From NCBI RefSeq assembly GCF_011386835.1, contig NC_088802.1, positions 56,854,001 through 56,918,000 of the forward strand: a DNA stretch of 64,000 nt, given 5' to 3'. This DNA comes from Chrysemys picta bellii. Lineage: Eukaryota. This document shows, in pieces, positions 36,701-54,400 of this stretch. How positions within the stretch are numbered: position 1 is the stretch's first letter; every line of letters begins with the position of its first letter. The position numbers and the translations under genes were made by a program. Below the pieces are notes generated by a model. It worked only from the letters and a program-made list of their open reading frames with translations. It ran no database searches and was not told the DNA's origin.

Positions 36701-38865
36701 CCCAGGCCATTGCGGGGAGCAGCAGGGTGCAAGTGCTGAGCCCGGAGTCCCGGGAACATCCTGGGCTGGGACAGATGGGCGGTGTGGGGTGGAGATGTAG
36801 TGGGGGGGTGACAGGGTGGGGCAGGGACACCTGGGTGTTATATTTGGAAGTGAGCAATGGTCAGGTGTTTCTTTCCCATGCTGGTGAACATGGCTCGCTG
36901 GGGCGGAGCATGGCTTTGGGTGCCTGCGGGCCTGCCCACACTCACCATGCTGTCCCGGGCACAGGTAGCTGGGGTCCATTCCCAGGTGCTACAGGATCTG
37001 CCAGAGGGCACCTTGGACCTCGACAAGCTGGAGTCGACAGTCCGTGCGGGTTATGGCAGCCGGTACCACCCTCGCTCAGTGCTCGTCTGCCTGGAGAACA
37101 CCCACAGCTCTGCAGGGGGCCGGGTGCTCCCCCTTGCCTACCTCAGGGAGGTGCGTCTCACAGGCCAGTGACACGAGTGTGCTGTTCTCAGCTGCCTGCC
37201 TCCTGGAGCTGGCATGAGAGGGTTCCTGGGGGGTGGCACTACCGGCCCTGGCCTCAGCCCCAAAGCGCCATCTGGGGTCCTGGTCTAGTGGTTCAAGAGC
37301 CAACTCCTGCCCCGCCTGCTAACCCCGAGCGGCTGGGCCAACTGCCCTCTGCGCCCCATATCACAGGGGTGCAGCCACCCACGCTTGCTCGGCCCCACAG
37401 GCAGGACCCTATCTGAGACCGAAGGGCTGGGCTGGGTGTTGAGGGCGGGCGAGGCAGCAGGTTCCACAGAGCCGCAGCCTGGCGATGGGCCCCTGAGTCA
37501 AGCCTCTGGCAGCTCTCCGGGGCTCCCCCTCCAGCTGCTTCACCATGTTCCTCCACTCCAGGTGCGCCTGCTTGCTGACCGCTACGGGCTGCACATCCAC
37601 ATGGACGGGGCGCGGCTGATGAACGCAGCCGTGGCCCAAGGCGTGGCCCCAGCTCAGATCACCCAGCACTGCGACTCCGTCTCCCTCTGCTTCTCCAAGG
37701 TGTGTCCAGAGACGGGGGGTGCAGGGAAGGTGACAGCACCTGGGGGCAGGTTCCCCTAGGGCCAGCTGGGAGAGGCATGAGGCAGCTCCAGGCGGAGCCC
37801 ACTCTGGGCAGGCAGCTGATACCTAGGAGTGGGGGTGGGAGGCCCCTTGGGGGCACAGGGGTGGGAGGCCCTTTGGGGGCTGTCTCTGACTCCCTCTCTT
37901 GGCAGTGCAGGGGCTGGGTGCCCCGGCCGGGGCGCTGGTTGCTGGGTGCAGAGAGTTCGTGGCAGAGGCTTGGCGCATGCGGAAGCTGCTTGGTGGAGGG
38001 ATGCGCCAGGCAGGAGTGCTGGCGGCCGCTGCCCGCGTAGGGCTGGAGCGCATGGAGGAGACACTGCAGAGAGACCACGGCAACGCCCGCAGCTTCGCCC
38101 AAGGTGCCTGCAGGTGCCCTGCTCCAGAAGCGAGGCCGAGGTGTGGGAGAGGGTGTCAGTGCAGCAGGGCAAGGAGGCAGTGGGCTGGACCCTGCTGCAT
38201 TGCCAGCAGGACCCCAGGACACATTGTCCCTGGCTCAGGGGAGCTGAGGTTGGCCCAGTTCAGTCAGGGATAACCCTGATGTCCTGGCCCCATCCTCCTC
38301 TGTGCCCCTCAGGGCACATCGCGGGAGCTCAGCCTGGGCACAGAGAGGCTGTGGCATTTGCCTGCCCTGGGAGGGGGGTGATCCAGCTAGGGGCTCCCAG
38401 GACGGTCAAAAGGGGAACCTGGTAGCTCCCCGGCCCCATCTCCTGTGAACAGAGGAGGGATGGGCCCCTCGCTGTTTTACCCCAGGGGCTGCAGAGTCCC
38501 TCTGTGCCATTGGGGGCGAGCCTGGCGCTGGTACAGACGTGTGTCCTTCACCCCCAGGCGTCTGGGAGCTTGGCTCGCCCATCTGCTCCGTCGACCCCTC
38601 GACCGTGGAGACCAACATGGTGCTGGTGAAGGTGGCTGTGCCCTGGCTGTCCCCTGAGAAGCTGTGTGAGCGCATGCAGGCGGTGAGCGAGGAGGAGGTG
38701 GCTGAGACGGGGCGTGCTGTCAGCGTGCGGCTGTTCCCGTGGGCCGCGCGCTCCCTGCGGGCTGTCTGGCACTGTGACGTCTCCGCACAGGACACCCAGC
38801 TGGCAGCCAACAAGCTGAAATTTGTGGCCGAGCAGTGCTGGCGGGAGCGAGGTGCTGCACCCTAG
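33460..38865 (+). CDS. THA1: L-threonine aldolase (low-specificity, PLP-dependent; GLY1 homolog), intact, about 450 aa if the first ATG is used
   Basis: join(33460..33673,34603..34743,35388..35471,35934..36022,36965..37150,37562..37699,37911..38103,38558..38865); all introns GT-AG, phases consistent, 1353 nt with no internal stop. Motifs [46 protein letters not shown]|GLGAP (PLP lysine), [18 protein letters not shown]. Exon 1 and the start codon are less certain than exons 2-8. Confidence 0.93.
33745..34515. repeat. G-rich minisatellite filling THA1 intron 1
   Basis: Modules ggggagcagggc(a)gaggggtgc, aggcgggggcagaggggtgc and gggggagaggggtgtg; almost T-free on the + strand. Confidence 0.95.
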
Positions 38866-39850
38866 AGCAGGCAGGAGGGGTGCGCCCGGACCAGACAGGA
38901 GAGCGCTCCTGCCTCTGCTGCTGGCTGCCAAGCCAGAGCGAACATCCCAGCGCCAGCCAGGGGCCCACCCTGCCCAGCCCTCTGCTTGCCTGTCGACACT
39001 CCACCGGCCCAGCCAGAAGCCACTCACAGCTCCAAACACGGGAGCAGGCCAGTGACCCCTGTGGCCGCAGTGCTCCTGCCAGCTGACTCAGGGCCTTGGC
39101 CCCTCTTCCCACAATGCCTCTGGAGCTATCCCACAATCTAGGGTGCAGCGGGCGTGGGGGCAAGGCCGGGAGCCGCAGGCTTCCTGCCCATAGGGATGTG
39201 CGCTATGGTCCATGCACACAGGGCAGCGTGACCCAACTGCGCTAGGGTTCGAGGGACCGTGTGAGGATCTACACCCTGGAGCCTGTTGTGAGGCTGCAGG
39301 GCTGGACGTGCTGGCGGAGCCTGCGGCGCTCAGGGCCTTTGCTGGCCCAGCAGGTTTGCACCCATTGGGCGCTGGAGCTGGCAGCCAGGTCCCCTCAGGT
39401 GCCAGGTGGGCAGCTTCCTTCAGGCATTGAATCCCGCTGTGCCTCCTGGGTGCCCGTGACCCCATGCCCCTGGATCGGCGCGGTCTGCCCGTGGGCTCTG
39501 GGCCGAGTTGAAGGTGTTGGTTATGACCCACAAAGCCCTAAATGGCCTGCCGGAGGATTGACCCTGCCCATGCCGTGCTGGGCCCCAGTGATACGCGAGG
39601 GGGTGGCTGGCAGGGCATTCCCCAGGCGGGTCCGGAGCCCCTGGAACGTGCTGTGAAGTAGCCCCCCTTGGGGGCATGCTGAGAGCCCTGGGGCACGGGG
39701 GCTTGCAGGGGAGGCTGAAGGGGGCTGCTGGGGCAGCCCACGATGGAGTCGCCGGAGTTCCTGGTTGAACACTCCTGGGCTGGCTGCAGTTGGGGGTTGA
39801 TGTCGAGGTGCCTGGAGCCGTGCGGCGGCTGCTCCGCTTCCTTGCGGCTA

Positions 39851-39856
39851 AATAAA
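39851..39856 (+). terminator. Candidate polyadenylation signal of THA1
   Basis: AATAAA about 990 nt after the THA1 stop, followed by GT-rich sequence (gggtttgtct). Confidence 0.6.
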
Positions 39857-40363
39857 GAACAAGCTCCTGGCCTGGCTCAGGGGTTTGTCTGCTAAAGCTG
39901 TTTGTGCAGGGCCCCAGCTGTTCTGTGGGGAGATCCCAGCCCCAGAGCGGCCCAGCCCCAGAGCAGCCCAGCCCCTGGTGACAAGCACAGCCTGAGCCCC
40001 AGGGCCTTCAGGAGCAGCACTGCAGCGTGGCTGCAGAAATTCAGTTTCCTCAACAGGAGACGGCACGGCGCCTGGCCTCGCTCCCAGCCTGCGCTGCACG
40101 GGGGACGGGGCATGCAGAGAGGGGTTCTGGGTGATGCTCAGCTCGGCTCCTTCCCGGGGAGAGGCAGCACGTGGGACGCTCTGGGAGGGCAGACAAGGCA
40201 GGATTGCAGCAGCCCCTGGTGCAGAGGGGTGGTGGCAAGGCTGTGCCAGGCGGCAGCCGGGCCTCCAGCTCTTTCACCCCCCAGGGGTTGTGGTAGCCTG
40301 GGGCCTGGGAGTGTGGGAGGCTCCAACGACAGACAGCTGCTGGCTATGGACTCAGAGGAGCCT

Positions 40364-40369
40364 TTTATT
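40364..40369 (-). terminator. Candidate polyadenylation signal of TMEM235
   Basis: TTTATT on + (AATAAA on -) about 600 nt past the TMEM235 stop. Confidence 0.6.
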
Positions 40370-40973
40370 GGGACAGAGGCTGGGCAGAGGCAGGACAGCC
40401 GGGAGGCCAGGTGCTCTGGCAGTGGGAGGGCAGCTGAAGCGTAGCAGCAGGGGGCTGTGGCAGGCTGCAAGCAGAAAAGCGTCAGGCTGGGGCTGACTGC
40501 CCCTTGGTGCTGCTTCCTTCACCCCAGGCTTGACACCGGTCTGATGGGCTTCCCTGCTCTGCTCCAGGGCTTCCACAAGCCATGTCTGAGCATGGTGCAG
40601 CAGCCATCTGCCCTGTGCTCCCCCTTGTCCCCATCCTCCTCCTTGCAGCCGGCTGGCTCTGTGTGGGGAGGGTGCAGGCCCTCTCTAACAGGCTGGCCTC
40701 CATCATAGCCAGGGTCCATTGGATTGAGGGGAGCCAGCCACCCGGCCCAGCCCCAAGAACTCAGGGAATCCAGGCTGCAGCCAGCAGCACCAGGGGGTGG
40801 AGGGACCTGCTGCCGTGGGGCTTTAGCCTCTGCCCCCTACCCACTTCCCTCCCAGCAGCAGGGGCTGCAATGCAGGGGGCCTGCAGCTGGGTGCGTGGGG
40901 CACCGGATGGCAGAAAGGTCAGTCCCAAGGAGGCTGCAGAGCGCTGGGGGGTCCCTGCCCATCTCCCTGTGGC

Positions 40974-48200
<7,227 letters not shown>

Positions 48201-48236
48201 ATGACAGTACCGGAGCCTCCTGGATATGATCCCCTG

Positions 48237-48523
48237 CAGCCCCATCTCCACTGCCTTGGGGCCCCCAGAGACAGCCCCATCTCCACTGCCTTGGGGCCCC
48301 CAGAGACAGCCCCATCTCCACTGCCTTGGGGGCCCCCAGAGACAGCCCCATCTCCACTGCCTTGGGGCCCCCAGAGACAGCCCCATCTCCACTGCCTTGG
48401 GGCCCCCAGACAGCCCCATCTCCACTGCCTTGGGGCCCCCAGAGACAGCCCCATCTCCACTGCCTTGGGGGCCCCCAGAGACAGCCCCATCTCCACTGCC
48501 TTGGGGCCCCCAGAGACAGCCCC
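48237..48523. repeat. About 35-bp VNTR, about 8 copies, upstream of TMEM235
   Basis: Unit cagccccatctccactgccttggggcccccagaga with indels in the G/C runs. Confidence 0.95.
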
Positions 48524-49365
48524 CGGTTTACAATGGCTCCAGTGGCTCCATGGAGCCGGGCCCATGCACAGAAGGGGACCCAGCCTGCTCCATTTGCACT
48601 GCGCCCCGAGCCCCCACTGGATCCCCCCGCCCACCACTTGCTCCTCTGGGCCAGACGACCGTCTAGCCAAGGGCTCCTCTCTGTCCCCTGACCCCACACG
48701 CCAGCTCCTCTCTGCCCCCACCTCTGGCTCCAGGCAGTCTCTGCTTCCACCACCTGAGGGACTCCGGCCTGTCTCCCCTGGCGCAGAAGCTTGGCTAGTC
48801 TCAGCCAGGTGGGGGGGGAGAACAGTGGCGGGGAGCTTGGCTGAGCCCCTCCAGGCAAGTGTGTCTTGAGGGCTCCCGGCCGGGGCAGGTCCTGGCCTGG
48901 CTGATTGCGCCACTGCCGAGGCACCGGAGCGATTCCTGGCCCTGGCTCACCCTGGCAGTCGCGTCCCAGCAGGGCCGGTGAGTGCGTCCGGGAGGCAGGG
49001 CTTGGGGGAGTGGGTCTGTGGGGCGCATGGGGGGGTGCTGGGCTGTGAAGGGGCGGGGAGGATCTGTGTGTGTTGGGGCACTAGGGAGTGGGGGTTCTAT
49101 GTGGGGTGCTGGGCAGTTGTGGTGGGGCGTGGGCAGGGTGGTGTTGTGCAGGGCGCTGTGCATTTGTGGGTGGGTCGGGGGGGGCTCTGGCCATAGGGAG
49201 TCAGGGGGTGCTGGACGTCAGGGGGTGGCTGTGTGGCACGGCCCAGGCCCACTCCCAAGGGGAAGGGGCATGGTGGCAGCACAGGGCCGGGCAAGCCACT
49301 GTGTGTCTGGCAGCTGCCGGTCTGTAAATAGTGCCCTCACACTGGGCTGGGCGGAGCCGCCCCTG

Positions 49366-49500
49366 CCATGCCATGCCCCATTGCCTCTGGCTGGCCCCTT
49401 GCTCCGGGGACTGACCCCCCCCCATGCCATGCCCCATTGCCTCTGGCTGGCCCCTTGCTCCGGGGACTGACCCCCCCCCCATGCCATGCTCCACTGCCTC
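49366..49500. repeat. About 55-bp tandem duplication, 2.4 copies
   Basis: catgccatgccccattgcctctggctggccccttgctccggggactgaccccccc repeated. Confidence 0.85.
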
Positions 49501-51048
49501 CATGGGGGCCCACAAATATGTTTGGCACCAGGCCCACAAAAGGTTAATCTGGCCCTGCCCAGAGATGCTGCCCCAGTCTTCTCTGGGAACAGCTCCATGG
49601 GGCTGGGGGATCCCTATTATCACCTGTTCCAGGGTAGAGGTGATGGTGAGTGGTGTAAGAGGCTGGGGGTCCCCACAAGTGGGTAGGATCTCACACAGGG
49701 GGTGGGCCCAGTCTCTCCTGCCCCATGACAAGAACAGGAGGGGAGGGGCTAAGGGGACAGACAAAGCAGCAGGCGGTGCTCTCAGGCCAGGTGCAGTCAT
49801 GGCAGCAGGAGGGGCAGGGCACTTCCTGGCGTTGCTGGGAGTGGCTGTGCACAGTAGCTTGGGTGATGTCTCTGGTCTTTGGCAAGGCCACATTTGCTCC
49901 TCCCCTTTGGGGCTGTTGCAGGGGATAGAGCCTTGTGCATGAAGAATACATGATAGAGAAACTAGCCATGGGCTGCGGGGACAGGCACTGCGGGGTGTTG
50001 GACCCACGGGGTGGGCAGTCAAGGGGTCGGTGTTGAGGGTGCGTTGGTGCAAAGGGGGCAGTAACCCAAGGAGGAGATGGGTTGACACATTCTGGCCTGG
50101 GCACTACTAATTCCAGGGGGAGCGATGGATGTAGCCAGTGCTGACGTGGGCAGTAGTACAAGGCACTGTGGGGACAGCAGCGTGCGGGGGACAGGGTCCT
50201 AGCCACACAAACTCCCTGCTCCTGCCATGGCCCCCTGTCATCAGGGAATCAAACAGTCCTCATGGTGAAACTGCCAGTGATTGTCAGGAGAGTGGTGGCA
50301 CGAGGCTCCCAGGCCGGAGGAAGCACTGCACCCAGCTGGAGCCTCATGTAGGTGGGGCATAAACCAAACAAAATAGCCAGATCTGGGGCGGCGGGGCCCC
50401 AGTACCCCCCCGCTGACCAGAGCAGGCTCTAATCTACTGTGAACTAGAGTCCTACACGCATCGAGGCTTCACTCAGCTCACCTGAGAAGAGAGGGGGCAA
50501 AGGTAACATTATTCACCTTTCCACCAGGAAGCAACAGGAGCTGGTTTGGGCCCTGGAGCAAGTTAGAGCAGCCCCATGGTTGCCTATACCAGGTGATCAC
50601 CGGAGCACAGCACATGCCAGCCACACCCCTCCCATATCCTATGCAGCGGGGGGGGGGAGAGAGGAGAAGCAGGTGACACCGTCTGCTATACCAGCCTTGT
50701 ACCGCTGAGGCCTTGCCATACGCCAAGGAAATCCCCAGTGGCCACTTTAGTGCAGCTTTAAGTCCCCTTTGCTGTCCTGCAGCAGCAGAGAAGGGACTTG
50801 ACCTGGTGCTCTGTGGGCAGTTACCTAACGGCTAGGCCCCCTGCAGAGTGCTGGGTACGGGTTCTGCCACTACTGCCAGCAATGGGAAATCTCTTCGCTC
50901 CGCCGCTAGAGCTCTGTGGTTCTGGAGGAGATGGAGCAGTTGATTTATACTGTAATAGTGTCTTGCCTGCGCTCATGGATTTATGACAAGGCCATTTCCC
51001 CAGGAGAGAGGTTTATAGGAAAGCAGCAGCTGTTATTTATGTTCAGAT

Positions 51049-51054
51049 TTTATT
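51049..51054 (-). terminator. Candidate polyadenylation signal of AFMID
   Basis: TTTATT on + in an AT-rich patch about 430 nt past the AFMID stop. Confidence 0.6.
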
Positions 51055-51483
51055 TAATATTCACAAGAACCAGTTCCAGGGAAACTGTGAGGGGCAAACC
51101 CACAGTGGAGCCAGACAGCCAGGGAGAGCCCCACCGGACTGTCTGGCCATACGCTGCAGCCAGGCATCAGCCTGCGTGACAAGGGTGATGTGCCCAGCAC
51201 ACCGGGCACAAGAACCACTGGCACCATTGGGAATATTCTAATAGGCCCCACTAGAGTTGGCCCTTCCCTGTTCCAGGCAGCATCAGGGATTGCACAGAAC
51301 TGGAACTAGATAGACAGGGAGGGGCAGAAAAGGCAACTGTCTGTCCCAAGCAGCCGGGGCACTTCTGACAGGGCTGCACAAGGGAGGTGCTAGTCTTGCC
51401 CCAGTCAGACGGGGACCAGGCAGTGACTGACTGTCAGTGGGACTGTGGTTTGCAGCCTCCATTTTGCTCCCCTCACTTTCAAA

Positions 51484-54400
51484 TCAAGCTCTTGAAATCA
51501 TGTTCAAAATCACCTGAAATGTTAAGGAACAAGAATCCCGTAAACAACAGGCGGCTGGGCCTTGCTCGCTGCAGCGGGTGTCTGTGAGCAGGAGAAAGGA
51601 GTCGCTCAGCTTCCCCCCATCCCTTGCTCTTTGTCGAGTGGTGACCACACACTGGCCAGCTTTGCTAATGAGCAGAGCCCTGCCCCAGCACCAGGCTCGG
51701 ACACAGCTGAGGCACAGACCAGTATCGGAATCGCCAGGTGGCACTAGCTCTAGGAGGCAGCCTCCCCCTGGCCAAGCTGATCTTGGCTGGTGGTCTCCAA
51801 CCCCGAGCCAAGCCCACAAGAGCTCTGGTGCCCTAGTGCCCACAGGGAGCCCACCTACCCTCTTACCTGAGTCAGGATATAGCCCCCCTGGGATAACTTC
51901 TCAATGACGTCAAAGTGATCCGTGTCAGCAATGTCCAGCCGGGAGACTCTCCAGCCAGCTGAGCGCAAGGCCTGGAGGGAAGAGAAAGACCAAGCACTTC
52001 AGAGAGGAGGTGGCTGCTCCTCCACACAGGAGCCAGGCACCAGGGTGAGGGAGATGGGAGGAAGCAGCAGCAGCCCTGCCCCAAGAGCTCCCAACTGGAG
52101 CAAATGCCAGCAGCAGGGAGTGGGGCATCCTCTCCCTGAGCAAACAGGCCCATCACAGAAACTAGCCCCATGTCCCCCACAACACCAACCCCCTGGGGAG
52201 TTCGCCTCTGTGCTGGATCCCCCGTGAGCCCCTCTGAGTCATCGCTTGGATGGGAGGCTGAGGGGGGCCAGGCAGCACTAAGCAACGGGTCCCCCTGCTG
52301 CATGAGAGTCATTCTGGGCCGTTCTGCCAAGAGGCAAATGGCAGCACAGAGCATCCCACCACCCTCCAGGATCAGGTTCCTTGCTCTTTGCTGTCTGGTC
52401 CAGCTCTTGCAGTCTCCCATCCAAGCTCTGGCCCCACCATAACCTGCTTAGCTTATAAGCTGGAAGGAAAGCCAGGCCTGAAGTGGGACAGCCTGCAAAG
52501 TGCACCTCTTCCAGGCAGTCACCCCCACTGAAGGAAGGGGTGGAAAGCAAATGCCCCTGGGGGCCAGCACAGCTCTCTGAGCTGAACAAATCCCCTCCTG
52601 CTCTGGCTGCCCCTGGGTAGCTCCGCCTAGGCTACCTTCAGCCCTGGCTAGAGGCCTTCTCCCTGTATTCGGGAACCCCTGGCTTGAACCTGCCGCCAAT
52701 TAGTGGTTACCTCACGGACTCCCGCTCAGGCAGGGCCAGTCCAACTACTTGTGTCCACAGTACCTTGCTAAACCCACCCTGCCCTAGCAGCCAGCGCTTC
52801 TCCACACCATTGCACAGACCGGTAGGGAAAATCTAGGGGTGCAGAAAGTGACCAGTCAGGGCACAGCCAAAGCCCCAGCTCCTTGGGGACAGGAGACCCC
52901 AGAGAGGTTTCCAGCTGGGTGCCATGTAGCAAGGGTGCAAAGAGAAACAAGGTGGGTGAGGTAAAATCTTTGATGGGACCACCTCCTGCTGGGGAGAGAG
53001 ACAAGCATCTGAGCTGCACAGAGCTCTGCTTCAGGTCTGGTCTACCTCACCAACAGAAGCTGGTCCCATGAAAGATATTATCTCACTCCTTATGTCTCTA
53101 ATATCCTGGGACACCTGCAAGCAAGGGTGGAAAGAGCCTAGTGAGTTGGGCTGGGGTCCTGCTGCTGACTTCCCTTCGCACGCACGCAGATGCACACACG
53201 CGGGCGTGAAACAGTAAAGACGATGGGGCTGCTGGGAGCAGCACCTGGAAATACTCTTGGGATTGTCTGTGGAATTCTGGCGAGTCGTGTTGGGCCACAG
53301 CGATCAGCACCTCACAGGCCTTCCTGGCAGGTGTCGCTGCTGTCACGCCTAGGATGGGGCTGTTCCTCCAGGCGACCTCCCTGGGTAGAGACAGTGTCAC
53401 TGCAGAGCAGTCAGACCTGCAGGGGAGGAGCAGGGCTGGGAAAGCAAGCACAGCCTGTCACCCCGCTATGGTGGGGAAGAACTTTCCTCTGGGCACAGGG
53501 GAAGCCAGTCCTCATGTTCACACTGCACACCGCATACCTGTACTGCCTGTGTGTGCCTGGGAAGGGGCTGAGTATGCACACCCAGAGTGTGTAGGCGGGA
53601 GCAGGGTGTGCACAGCCTGTGCATACAAGGAGTGCGCACGTACCCAGGTTTGTGTCCACGGACTGCAGTGTACTGCCCGCGTGTTAGAAGGGGGCGGGTG
53701 CAGGCTGTATTGGCAGAGTGTGTGCGTGCGGGCTGGAGCAGGGGAATGCATGATATGGTGCACACACATGGGCAGGGGGTACAGGGACAAGAGGCCATGC
53801 AGGCAGGGGCAAGCTGCCTGTGTGTTCCTGATCGTGAGTTCCATGGCTGTCTCACTGAAGGGCGTGTTGGCTCTGGACCCCAGGGCGCTCACCGGCTCAT
53901 ATGGAGGAGGTTGTTCACGGAGGTGTGCATGATGGGTTCGAGGTCGTAGACTCCACTCACTAGAAAAGCTCCTGGAAAATAAAAACACCCTAATCTGTGT
54001 GAGGGCCTCCCCTGGCTTGTGGGACCCTACGGCTCACAGCAGCCTGCCCCATTCCCCAGCGTAGGGGAAATTTCCTCTCTGGCCTGTACCTCACCGCAGT
54101 TTTCCCAGGTCACTGCTCAGGGCAGGGTGAGACACCTACCCCGGAAGGCCACGGCAGGGCCGCGCCAGTAAGCATGCTCTGGAGGACACTGCACACTCAG
54201 ACCTGGAGGGAGAGATGGCACCTGGGAGCTTAGAGACAGAGACACACTGTGGTTCCCTCATGCTCCCACTGTCTGTTCGTTGTATCCCCATGTGGTCTCC
54301 AGTCTCACACATAAACAGAAAGATTCTTGGGGCAGAGACAATCGATTACATGTTCGTACAGTGCCTGGTACTATGGGGCCCTGGGCACTCGGTGCTACCA

